Source of the DNA: Pelomyxa schiedti
Lineage: Eukaryota; Protista; Evosea
DNA: 64,000 bases
Assembly: GCA_020536535.1 (NCBI GenBank)
Contig: JAHLWZ010000423.1
Span: forward strand, 1-64,000
Direction: 5' to 3'
Positions 24,408 to 36,379 of this stretch are shown here, piece after piece. The notes beneath the pieces were generated by a model, which was not told the DNA's origin, did no database searches, and saw nothing but the letters and a program-made list of their open reading frames with translations. The position numbers were made by a program, and so were the translations under genes. The first letter of the stretch is position 1, and each line of letters starts with the position of its first letter.

Positions 24408-27400
24408 ATGCAGGCAGCTACCAGCAACAAGGCGAGTGTTTCTCAACTCACGCAAGTTGCACAGAGCTTCTTGCCATCTGACGTAGCTAGCCGGCTATTG
24501 CATCACCACAAGTGTGCCTGCGCAACTGCGACTGATTCCACAGCCCCAGCAACAACAACCGCCACTGCAACGAGCAGCAATTGTGGGAACACTCCCGCTC
24601 CGTGCATTGCGAATTGTGGGGCGTCGTCGGCAAATGTGCCTGGTACTTGTGGCACGACGGCGGCGTCAACACCTGCCGCCGTGGATTCTGTTGTTATTGG
24701 CAAGCACGGCACTGTGTGGGATTGCGCTTGTGGGTGCGGTGGATGCTGCGGGGGCGATATTCACAGAGTGAACTCGGCTGCAATTAGGGTGCACCGGTAC
24801 TTGTGGGATCCTGATTGTTCCTTCTTAGCTGCTGCAAAGACGGCAATCACAGAGTTTCCATATGATGGCAAGGTTTTTCTTTTTCTTTTTTTTTCCTTTT
24901 CTCCCCCAGCTTGTTTGGTTTTTGGTTCTGAGGGTTAGTTTGTTGATTGGACAGTGTGGTTTATGATAGTGCATTTTAGGTTGGTGACTTCATCAACACG
25001 GCGGTAAGGATGATTACGTCTTCAAGGTATACACTTGGTTTGTTTGTGTGCTGCCTTGTCACTAATGTTGGTGTCCAAGTACGGTGGATTATCACTATGT
25101 GGGTCTTTTTGCCATTGGTGTTGGCATATTGGAGCAATGGCTATCTGATGTTTATGCCTCTTTTCCCGGTACAGATGCCCCTCCACGTGTCTTGACGGAC
25201 TTGATTGATTCCACGCAAATCCTGGAGGCACTTGGAGCACAGCAAGTATTTTGTCACTCCTTTCAAAGTGCCCTTTACCCTATTTTAGGTATCCCTTTTG
25301 AAGTGTTTTATTGCAGCACCTGCTGGTACCACTTTTTTTTTTGTACAAACAAAAAATATGCTCTATCCAGTTAATTATTGCACTAACTGCTATCCAAGGG
25401 CTCAATCTCAGAAACTTAGTGTGGCACGGTTTCATCCACCCTTATGAATTCAGCCCCGAGTACTTGTCCCTTCTCTCGGTAGCACTGGTTTCTCTCATGC
25501 TGGAATACAAGACTTCTGCACACAATATAAGATTCCCACTGAAAACGATGAGTGGGCGCCATATGATAGACCATACTGCCTTCAATAATTCCATTACATG
25601 GAATTCCACTTCTTTACCATTCTTTATTGGTATCAGGTTTTCCTTATCCTGTATCACTGCCAGATATTGCTAACCCTCAAAGGTGATATTTCAAATGAAG
25701 AATATGCTGCTCTGAAGTCAGCTGTCGCAACCTCATCGTTTGTTATTCCAAGCCGTAAAGATCTCTGGTTGACTGCCATAGACATTTTGCTATCACCAAA
25801 TCAGAGAGGTCGAACTTCTTTTCGTCTTGTGAGCAATCCCTTATCTTTTTAAAGAGGGTCCTCTTGAAAGTGGCCACTTGTTTGGGCTTGTATTGTTACT
25901 ACCTCAGATTGAGCATGCTCTAAGAATCTACTTTGTTAGAGAGAACCAATTAGATGATAGGTATCTTTGTGCAGGTATCTGTGGCAGTTATGATTGGCAA
26001 GGAAGGAAAAAATAACACTGCCTTGCAGACTACAGAATATACTACACAACACTTGATGTGCTTCTCCAAACAGAAGTAATAAATCAAGGTGGACAACTTC
26101 TTGCTGCTACTGGCAAATACACCAACCCGAAGTTTCAGCAACCAAGTCTTGCCTCGTTCTTCCTTCTCATTACCCGTTTCACTGATAACGTGAAGGTGAT
26201 GCCACTGCACTGGCGTCCAATTCTTCACACAAGCCAAACTCATTGTACCCAACTCTTGGCTGCTCCTTGATGGAAACAATGCAAGATCTTTTTATACGTG
26301 TTAAAGGTAAGAAATTGCTATTGCCCTACAGATGTATCACACATGCAGGACCCCGTATTCGAGATACAGTTGCACATGGACAAATTCCCAATTCTGAGTT
26401 GTCTGCTGTAGTAACGAGAATTACACTCTCACTCACATTAGCTCTTTGCCTGAAGTTCTCTGGTATGAATATCTTGAGACAGTAACTTAATTTCTCAAGT
26501 TATGCAGAATTACAATCCTCCCTTCCTCCGCAGCTTGCAAAATGTTTGCGGTACTACCAGTTGGAGTACAGGTCACACTTTCACCCTCAAGTATATCTTG
26601 TATCGGAGTTGACTAAGTTTCCGGGTCTCCTTGAAGCCCTGAGATCCGAGGTGTCTCTTCAATTACTGTTCACAGATTTCACTCATGTGGCCAAGATTTC
26701 ATCAGCATACCTGAGGCAAGAACTTTCTGAGGATTATTTGTCCGGCAGAGGAGAGTCTTCCTCTCTTTCATCTGATTTTGAAAGTGTGACTTTGGAACTG
26801 AAAAACACTTTGGACAAAATGGGAGGGGCCCTCTTGGAACCAACAAATACCCTTTTTAGCAGTCAACTTGAACTGACAGCCACCACTCTGGTGCACCAGC
26901 TCACTGAGCAAACAAATGGCTTTGTCACTGCTTTGTCCACCAAGCTCACACAACTTATAAACGATGTAATTCATGCATACTTACTTACAATTGACTTATG
27001 CACTCAAGGTTGCCAATAACAGTGCTACAAGGAGACAAGAAATGTCACTTTACAAGCTTCTTCGTTGCATTGACGGACTAGCTTCCGCGGTTTGTTCTTC
27101 CATTCATCTATTACCACAGCTCTAACCATCCAAGGCCAACATGCTCCACCACACCGCTGTTTTCTGCACCGTCTGCCTATTCCGGTCAGGGAACCTTCCA
27201 ACAATGCAGCCCGCTGCCGATTCTTCACCAGGATGCGCGACCACCACGCCGCCAACGCGTGCCAGCAAACTTGTGCCTCTCACCAAGTTACTCCGGAAAT
27301 TCCTCACCACTGCCGAAAGAACACACTCTCACTGTGCACAGCAAAGCTGGGCAGTGCTGTGCACACACCTACAATCACTAAAACCCACACTCCTTGATCC

Positions 27401-27422
27401 TTCATTCCTCACTCTGCTGTAG
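24408..27422 (+). CDS. ERMARD: ER membrane-associated RNA degradation protein (DUF4209), multi-exon
   Basis: GLNLRNLVWHGF, LLPQIEHALR and GPRIRDTVAHG motifs. Some 5' junctions are unresolved. Confidence 0.8.
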
Positions 27423-28997
27423 AACCCACGGCAATACCGAAAACAAGTGTGTTTTGCAAAAGTTCGCAGAAACAAAAATTTTCGCACCTATGACACTGTT
27501 TAAACGGTTAGGCTAGTTCATTCTCTTCGCATCGGCACATTGCTATCGCATAACCCTGCTTCTCCTGGCATGCTACGTTCGAGTACTTCGACATCCACGT
27601 GGTGACATCGCATTCTGTTTCTTCGTTGCGTTACTCTGTTGCTCTTTTCATTCGCATCGTTTTGCAAGCATTTTGCATTGCACCTTCGTTATGGTTCATC
27701 GTCGTCATTATATGCTCTATCTACTGTGGCGTTACTCCTGCACTACACACTCGTGCACATCTACTTCGACGTTCTCGTGATTGCACACTTGCGTTATTAC
27801 CGCTCTTTCAGGACCATCGTTTTCCTGTTGTTTTCTTGCTCATTCTGTTCATTGGTCGTTCGTACCAACGGGAGATGCTCAAGCGTTTTGGCAACGACTC
27901 TGTCTACACTACATTGCATCTGTACCTGCACTACAACAAGCTGTCGTTCTCTGTGACGCTCTGTTATGCCGATTTTTCCCTTCTAAGGTATAATAAAACC
28001 CCAAACCACATTGTTTATTACGGCTTCTTGTATGGTTTTGGAGGTATCCTGGTGAAAGGAGAGTGTACCTGGTAAGGCAGCATGGTGGAATCGCGACTAT
28101 GTTGCGATCGCGATGTTGTGGAATGGTGCATCAGCCTGCACTGAAGCGGATATTTACGGCACTGAAGCGATCATTTCCGGCACTACCAGCATGCACTCTG
28201 CAATGAGATTAGCGCGGAAATCATGAGGATCATACGTACAACACCCAGCAAGTGTTTTATTCAACGCGGGAATGCTACAAACCACCAAATCACTGGATCA
28301 ATTCCAAAGCTAGTGATGGTGCATCCCTGTGATGGACCTCAGCATTGTATATTGCAGTCCCATCACACCTGGAAAATCGTTTTTTGACCTTCTGGATGTT
28401 ATTTTGCCTTGCAAGACGTTATTTTGGGAATAAAAGAAGTGGACACACAGTTATCCTTGCAGTAGCTCCCAGGGGCACTTGATTGTTATCTACTTTTTTT
28501 TTGGAGCAGCATGTTAGTCTGGTGGGAAGGTTTGCCAGCTCCTTCCTTCTGCATTACACCACAAAGTAAGTCCCACTCCATGCAAAGAACGGTGGGAAAG
28601 CCTGGCATTTTGTAAGCATTCAATAAGATCAGGAAGCCCCAGACAACGAAAGGCACCATGTTTCCCTGATAAATAAATACCAAAAATTGAAAGAAAGTGG
28701 CAAACCTGATAAGAGCTCCCAATGTTGACCACGATTGCCGCGGACCTCACATTGTTGACTGCCATCATCGTTGGACCTCCACTGTTGACCACTGCAGAAG
28801 GGCTTGGGTCATTTATCGTCGTTGCGTTACCACTGCCCAACTCAGCGGAGTTTACCCCCACTGGTCAACTTGCTTCTGTGCAGCCGAAGTTTTGTATGTT
28901 TTTAAAAAAAAAACCTGGTAAAGCAAAGCGTTTAAAAGGGATTCAAAACGGATTCAAAAAGCGATTCAAAACAGATTCTAAAGCGTTTACAAGCTTA

Positions 28998-31415
28998 TCA
29001 CGGGTGCGTGGGTCGGTTGAAGTGCCGATTGTACACACCAAAGAACACCCTCGCCTCTGGTGAGACCACACGCTGTTGAGTACAGTACGCCCGCAGCTCA
29101 TCGAGTGTGATTCCGTTGTAGTGGTGAATTGTGAACAGAGCAATGTGCGGCGAGAGTGAAACAATCGGAATCAGGTGCTGTCGAATCACACTCGTGTCAA
29201 TGGCTGGGTAATGGTTCACCAACATCTGCCAGCCTGAAACGTCAAGTCCACTGAGTGGATTGCACCACTTGGCCGTCATCTTAATGACCTGAATAAAGTC
29301 AGGAAGGTAAACTGGTGGGAGGTGATGGCTCACGTCGCTCAGAGGGATTTGAAACGATTCAATGAGCCACTGTGCACACATGTTCTTCCTCAGCTCAAGG
29401 AGGCCGAATAAGAGGCAATTCTTGTTTGAACTGATGTGGGAGTACTGCAGGTCAAACTGCCGAATGATCCACTTCAACATCTTGGAGGACGACACATAGA
29501 ACTCGCTTTCAGTCAGGCAGTGTGCCACAAATTCCTTCGTGAGCAACGAGGAACCAACGGAAAACAGATGACGAAGAGTCTTCATGCCACAGTGAACCGT
29601 ATCGGGAGTTCCGGAAATAGTGGTGGGTGCATGTGGTTTCAACTCTGGGAAACTCTCCAACAAGAGATTTGCATGCTTAGAATAAGATTTTCTGAGTGCC
29701 GTTGACAGTGCATCGCGAACATACTTCATTCCAAGAGGGCGTTGAAGGTGCTGAATGAACCACTGCAATCCCTCAACTTTCATCCCAAAGGTGTTGTCAT
29801 TGCAAATCTCAACGAGTGTGGTTCCAGCAATCACTGGGTCAGAATTGACTGCATCCATGATGAAAAAGGTTTCATCCAACCACTCTGCAACTTGTATGTT
29901 GCCATTTCGGAGTGCACACTGCAGAGACTTCACCATGTCAGACTGTGTGAGAGACACCCTCGTTGACAGCCATTTCGCCAGTGTGGGACCACCTCTATTC
30001 ATGGAACACGCTCCCACGAATGTGGCTTGTGTTGGAACGAAGTGCTTCTCTGTGCAAAGCCACTCAGTAAATTCAACATCTCCGAACTGTTGGCACAGGA
30101 AATTCAAAATTGTGTTGCTTGGACAGACAGGTTGTATCGCCAGCACCCACTTGGCAACATCAATTTTCTGGAAAGATTCGAAGGTGTATTCACGGGAAAC
30201 TCCCCTTTCACGAATGTGACTTTCAAGGCATTGGCAATCCTCCACAGAGCTGTTCCTGTTGGCCAAGAGGGCAATTTGAAAGTCATCTGTGTGTACACAA
30301 CTCTTGCACACGGGAAATTTCTCAAAACACCACTTGATGTTGCTTGGACATCGACCACTTGCACAGTCTTTCACAATATCAACGAGCACTGATGGATGCA
30401 GCTTCACCAAGTCGAACTTATCAAACAACCAGCTTGCAACACCCAGATGTCCTCCCAACATTGCATTACGCAGTGGTTTTTTGTAAAGAATCCAAGGAGC
30501 ATCATCCTTCCCAATTCTGAGGAAAGAGACGAGCCACTTTACGAGCTCCAGGTTGCCACTCCCACAACCACTTTCCAACGCATTGTTCCAACTTCCCAGG
30601 CGCCCACACGAGGTCCTCACGTATTCTCTCACCTTGTCCCTCAACGTGGTCCTGATCACCACATCATTCCCCCTTGTTTTGCATTCAGTCTCCACACAAA
30701 ACACATCCCTCCACCCCTCCACGCACCGGCCATCCCACAATGCCGGCAATGTGCCAACGTTTGTTGTCCCACCATCACCAAGAAACATTCGTGCCTCCTC
30801 CAAGTGACTTCCACACACGAGCCCATTCCCCACAGCACTCACCTCCTTGATGGCAACCTGCTCACGGTGCTTGACGGTGTGTTCATCACTTGCTCTACTA
30901 CCGTTGGCTTTGCAGCTGCATACCATCGACCGAGTCTCTTCTGCGTTCGTTGGGATAGGCGGCATCTGCGGCGGAGGGACCATACTTATGGGGTAGCAGT
31001 CGCTGCAGCGCCTGTGCTTTACAATCCACGCCACGCACGCGGGGCACAGCGACCCCGCCGCGTCGGCGATGAGGCAGTATGAGCCCACACCGGACGACAC
31101 CATGAGCCTGCGGCACACGAGGGCCAGCAGTGGGAACATCACCTCGGCCAGCCTGAGCAGCGACTGGCGATCCAGGCCCGCCCAGCCCGGCGCAACGACG
31201 AGGTCCCAGACCACCCGCGAGACGCGGAGCGTCGGCAACGCCCTCTCGCTGGTTGTTGTTGGGGCTAGGGAGCTGCGGATGACTGGCGTGGGGCCGTTGC
31301 CTTGCTGTATCTGTTGCTGTGGTTGTGTGTGTTGTGTCGGCGACGCCGATGTAGTGGCTGCAGTGAAGAAGCGAGTATCATCTGATGTGGGAGATGATGA
31401 GGCGTTACCCCCCAT
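28998..31415 (-). CDS. Intronless protein with degenerate ankyrin-like repeats
   Basis: 805-aa ORF with repeats ALESGCGSGNLELVKWL, AMLGGHLGVASWL and ALRNGNIQVAEWL. Confidence 0.8.
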   Translation of the reverse strand: MGGNASSSPTSDDTRFFTAATTSASPTQHTQPQQQIQQGNGPTPVIRSSLAPTTTSERALPTLRVSRVVWDLVVAPGWAGLDRQSLLRLAEVMFPLLALVCRRLMVSSGVGSYCLIADAAGSLCPACVAWIVKHRRCSDCYPISMVPPPQMPPIPTNAEETRSMVCSCKANGSRASDEHTVKHREQVAIKEVSAVGNGLVCGSHLEEARMFLGDGGTTNVGTLPALWDGRCVEGWRDVFCVETECKTRGNDVVIRTTLRDKVREYVRTSCGRLGSWNNALESGCGSGNLELVKWLVSFLRIGKDDAPWILYKKPLRNAMLGGHLGVASWLFDKFDLVKLHPSVLVDIVKDCASGRCPSNIKWCFEKFPVCKSCVHTDDFQIALLANRNSSVEDCQCLESHIRERGVSREYTFESFQKIDVAKWVLAIQPVCPSNTILNFLCQQFGDVEFTEWLCTEKHFVPTQATFVGACSMNRGGPTLAKWLSTRVSLTQSDMVKSLQCALRNGNIQVAEWLDETFFIMDAVNSDPVIAGTTLVEICNDNTFGMKVEGLQWFIQHLQRPLGMKYVRDALSTALRKSYSKHANLLLESFPELKPHAPTTISGTPDTVHCGMKTLRHLFSVGSSLLTKEFVAHCLTESEFYVSSSKMLKWIIRQFDLQYSHISSNKNCLLFGLLELRKNMCAQWLIESFQIPLSDVSHHLPPVYLPDFIQVIKMTAKWCNPLSGLDVSGWQMLVNHYPAIDTSVIRQHLIPIVSLSPHIALFTIHHYNGITLDELRAYCTQQRVVSPEARVFFGVYNRHFNRPTHP

Positions 31416-31977
31416 TACTCAGTTTGATGAGGCGTTTCCAGATACCACCATCATAAAATTGGAGTTTGAAGGGCTCTTTGTGTCAATGTGTATGGGTGTT
31501 GCTCCAAGTACTCAAGGTGTTTGTAGATTGTGCTTGTTATCTCAGGCATGATTTTTTTTTTCCCACTCCAAGAAAAGAGCTCTTTTTCCAGGTGTTTTTG
31601 TGGATGTTGCAGACAGAACAAGGAGTAGAGTTTTGATGAAAAGTGCAGAATCCCCCCTCAAGAGGTCCTCCTGACCTTCTTCATTAATGGGTGAACTCAT
31701 AATATCCAACTGAATGATTCAAAGTTATTTCTTATTATCCTCCTTCTTCAGTATTCACAAACTTATAGAACCCAATGGTGGCATTCAATGAAACAGGAAG
31801 AATGATAAGGCAAACCACTGAAGCAACACAGGACTGTGTATGTTGTGTTTGAGCTAATGAGGGGATACTCACTCAATTATGGAAGACAGAAAGAGATGAA
31901 TTCAATTGGAATAAAGGGTTCTATCGTTTGCCTTGTGTTTGTTGTTTATTTGTTTGAGTTTGTGTGTTTTTTTTCGA

Positions 31978-34900
31978 TGTGATTCTGGGCTTGGAGGGTC
32001 TAGCTTATAAAGGCCTTGAAATCGAGTCGAATGATCATGGAGATTTCCGTGAAGTTGATTTCCAAATTCAACTTAAGTCCGCGCTGCTGACTCAGCACCT
32101 GAGTCTCTCAGTCCTGCGTTGCTTCAGCGGTTTGCATTGAAGAGTTTGTTTCGGCTCGTTTTCTTGTGTCTTCCTTGTGCTTGACTGCTTTTTTTTTTTT
32201 TTGTTTGTTTGTTTGTATGTATTGATGTAATGTATGTAGCGCATTGCTCATGGTGCCAGCTATGAGCATCACAGGCCACTTGAGGGGATTTGGCTGTTTC
32301 CCAGCGCCTGAGCAATTGCTACTGGGTTGACGTGAGTAGCTTTCTTGAATTCGTTGATGAGCTCTCTGCATCCTACACAATTCTCATCTTCAGGCTTGTA
32401 TCCTTTCCAGCGAATCAGATACTGTCTCTTGCCTTTGTGGATTCTGCTATCAAGTATTCTCTCTACTTCGAAAATTCCATCATCGGACTTAGTTTTCTCA
32501 GCTTCAGCGCCTTTGCTCAGTTGCTCTGGTGCTTGGCTTGTCTCAGTTGCCTTGCCTGAGTCTGTTTCCTTTGTTGGTCTCTCATTCCAGTGATGCAGGT
32601 AGCCAATGTTGACTAGTTTCTGCACTAATGCTCCTTCCAGTGTCTCCAGTCTGGCTGTGCCAGGAAAGAGAAGTGACACAATCCTGAATGGTCCTTTCCA
32701 CTTGTTGGCTAGCTTCCCCTTTGTTGGATGAGTGTGCATCTTGTTGTACTTCAACGTGAACACAAGGTCTCCAACTTTGAAAGATTCTCTGGCATTGTTG
32801 ATTGATTTGGAGTCCCAAGCTTGCCTTGTTAGTTCCGCTGTGTGTTGTGCAATGCTCCAAACTTTGTGTAACCTTGTTATCAGCTCTTCCAGGTATGATG
32901 AACTTGTAATGCTAGGCGGGACTATGAGGTTGCCTATTGTCCTTGGATCTCTCTCCCATGCTCCAAGAAGAAAGGTGAAAATCCAGTAACTCTTGAGATG
33001 GACTTCCTGTACGCGAAAGCAAGTACAGGTAAGAGTGTGTCCCAGTCGCTTTTTGACTTGTTCACAATTATCCTTAGCATCTCCACAATGAGCCTATTGA
33101 ACTTTTCGGTTTTCCCATCTGTTTGAGGGTGATATGGAGTGGATTTTCTGTGTTCAATTCTGAGGATGTTGCACACTTGCTTCAGTGTCTCATTGACAAA
33201 GTGCGATCCTCTGTCACTGATGATTGTGGTAGGTATCCCATGTCTACATATCCACATCCTAATAAGTGCTTGTGCTACAGTTTGAGAGTCTGCATGGTGT
33301 GTTGACTTGAGCTCAACATCTCCACTGAACTGGTCTATGATGACTAGAATGTAGTGCTTCTTGTGTGCTGAGGTAACTGTAAACGGACCAATGAAATCCA
33401 AGTCTGTCTGGTACTGGTACAGGATACCCTATTGCCCTGCTTGTGGTAGCTCTCCCTTTCACCTTGATGCATTCTGCACAGGAGTTACAGTAGTTGTAGA
33501 TTTCCTCTCTCATGTTAACCCACCAAAAGTAAGTGCTAATTCTCATGAATGTGTGCTCTGCTGACATGTGGCCAGAAAAGATTGAATCGTGGTTGTTTGC
33601 TAGTATTTGCACCACAAAGCTCTTAGGTGTCACAACAGCTTTGGTGACATGGTGTCTCCTCCTGTCAAGTTCTATGTAGTAGAGAATGCCATCTTCAATT
33701 GTGAAACTCCTCTGGTAAAGACTTTTGTGTCTGAGTTCCACTGAAGGGAAAGCTGGAAACTCAGACACAAAGGTCTTTACCAGAGGAATTTCACAATCAA
33801 AGATGGCATTCTCTACTACATAGAACTTGACAGGAGGAGACACCATCCAGCTTTTGATTGTACTACAGGTTTGATCCTTATCCTGCTCTTCCTTCCATGG
33901 TGTGAGAGTTCCACTAATGTTCATGGCTATGAGTGCTGAACTTGGGCATCTTGATAGGCTGTCAGCATCTCCAGCTTGTTTTCCTGGTCTGTACTCCAAG
34001 ACAGCTCCAAAATCGTTGATGAGCATTTGCCATCTTGCCATCTTGTCTGAGGGATTCTCATGATTCTGTATCCAAGTGAGACTCTTGTGGTCAGTCTTGA
34101 CAGTGCAACTGATTCCATGTATGTACATGCTTCCTGATGCCTTGGTTCCCATAGCACATGAGGTCTGCCTAATTCTCTGAGCGGTGCAGCCATGATTGCC
34201 AGGTCTGCAATGAATTTTCGATAATAATTTGCGATGTTTATGAAAGTCTCCAGGTCTCCTTGCCACCTGGTTGGCATTGGCCATTCAGTGAGGGACTTGA
34301 TTCTATCAGGATCCATTGTGATGCCTCTTTCCAATATGATATGACCTAGATAGCTGACTGAATGCTTCAGGAACTTACATTTCACTGCTCTTGCCTTCAG
34401 GTTTGCATCTTGCAGTCGTTTGTACACTAACTCCAAGTTCCCCAGGTGTTCTCCAAAGGTTTTGCCTGTGATGATGATGTTGTCGATGTAGACAGAGCAT
34501 CTGGACCCAATGAGACCCTTCAGACATAGGTCCATCAGCCTTTGGAAGGTTTGTGATGCGTTAGCCATGCCAAATTGCATAACTTCCAGTAGGAATTGGC
34601 CTTCTTTGCATACAAACCCTGTTTTGTGAATATCTTCTGGTGCAAGTGGTACTTGCCAAAATCAGCCATTAGATCGAGTGTACTGAACCATGAGTTTCTG
34701 GATAGTGCTTGCAGTACTTCGAAAACATTCGGCAATGGATAGTGATCCTCCTTTGGCGAAAATTTCTTTGGCGGTCTGCATCCTGGCCTACATACCTTGG
34801 TTGGTATGTGATGTTCCACCCAAGTAGTCCTCCCTAACTTCGCTCTGTCATTAGTGAATATGTTGGAATGCTTCTGTTGCAAGGCTGTGAACTGCTCAGT

Positions 34901-36150
34901 CTGCTTGGCGTTGAGATTTTCCCATTGGATGCTGGCTGTTCTCCAGTCTTCACCTTGTTCTGGTTGAATTTGGGCTTGAGATTCCTCTTCTGCGATACAG
35001 CATGCAGCTGCCTCTGCATCGTCTTCTGCCATTGCATTGTCTTTGGTATCTGTCTCTTCTTCCTCCTTATGCACTCTGATTCTGATTGTAGCTGTGCCAG
35101 AATTCCCATTGGAATTGATTCGAGTTTCCGCTGCTACTGCTTGTCCTTTCCGCAGCTGAATAATTTCTCTGCTCCCGTTAATGAATAGAACTCTACCTGT
35201 GCGGTTTCCGTCGATTTGCACGTTTTTCTGCAAGGTATGCACAATGCTTCTCGGGTATACTAACGATCTTATATGCAGTGTCTTCTGAGTGTCCTGTGGA
35301 NNNNNNNNNNNNNNNNNNNNNNNNNNNNNNNNNNNNNNNNNNNNNNNNNNNNNNNNNNNNNNNNNNNNNNNNNNNNNNNNNNNNNNNNNNNNNNNNNNNN
35401 AATGAATAGAACTCTACCTGTGCGGTTTCCGTCGATTTGCACGTTTTTCTGCAAGGTATGCACAATGCTTCTCGGGTATACTAACGATCTTATATGCAGT
35501 GTCTTCTGAGTGTCCTGTGGATTGTTGGACATCACGTCTACTTCCGCTGCTTTGCCGGGAAAAAGGATAGTACTGCTCATGGCAGTGAGCACAGATTTCT
35601 GCTTCTCGTTCTTGCTAGTGAACTTGCGAATCTGGTTGTTGCAACGTAGTTCTCCTTCCTCAAAGTGTAAGCTTGCTCCTAACCTGGTCAGCAGATCCAG
35701 ACCAGCTAGAACTTGAACTGGGCAGTTGTCCATGATGACAAATCTATGGGTGATGCGTTTTCCACAGATTTTCACCTTCACTCTTGTGCTTCCAGTGCAG
35801 TGAGCTTTGCCTCCAACTCCAGAAATACTGCCACACCAAGGTTCTCTTCGAATGCGTCTATCACTTTGTTCTAACACTCTAAAAGTCTGCTCATCCATCA
35901 GCGATAGATTCGAACAGGAATCCAGAGTGATCAATATCTTTGTTCTGCCCATGGTGCCTCTAACGCTGGGCAGGGTGACCTCATTCCAAGAATCCAGGCA
36001 TGCCACACTCCAACTCCTAGCATGGGATTTACAATTTCCCTTTGTAGTATCATGGCATCTCCGTGCCGGACTTTCCTGTCCAATCTCCATGCTTCCAAAA
36101 TGTGAACTCACCGGTTCAATGGAGTGCCCTGGCTTCTCTACAGGGTAAAC
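31978..36150 (-). mobile_element. Ty3/gypsy chromovirus copy C: protease-RT-RH-IN-chromodomain plus a partial 3' LTR; defective, no gag seen
   Basis: Protease (ITLDSCSNLSLM..VLAGLDLL), RT with YIDD changed to YIDN, integrase D,D,E. High identity to copy B with many deletions. LTR terminus at 31978; 5' boundary is approximate. Confidence 0.93.
33649..33846. repeat. Inverted repeat with 92/93-bp arms and a 13-nt loop inside pol
   Basis: 33649-33740 is the reverse complement of 33754-33846, with 4 substitutions and one 1-nt indel. Confidence 0.95.
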
Positions 36151-36379
36151 TATGTGCGATCGCAAATTTTCCTTAAAACTCTCTTCTTTGCTGAAGAGTT
36201 TGCTCAGAGGGTTGATTTCTATTATCATCAGCAATCACAATGAAAAACCCCTTAACAAATTCACAGAAAAATATTTTTTTTCCCTGGTCCACGTACAGAT
36301 CCCTGGACGAAAACCTGCCAGTGCTTTGGGGTTTTTAGCCACATCGAGTGGCACGCTCCGCCACGTGTTGAGTCATGGG

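Noticed and set aside
28486-28861. Possible small two-exon gene on the minus strand
   Set aside because: No clear ATG start or recognisable domain.
35180-35521. Apparent 121-nt tandem duplication
   Set aside because: The copies are identical and sit either side of a 100-N gap, so this is most likely an unmerged contig overlap.
36190-36239. Possible 5' LTR remnant (TGTGATT..GCAAACTCTTCA)
   Set aside because: Only short matches, no target-site duplication with the 31973-31977 flank, and no PBS recognised.
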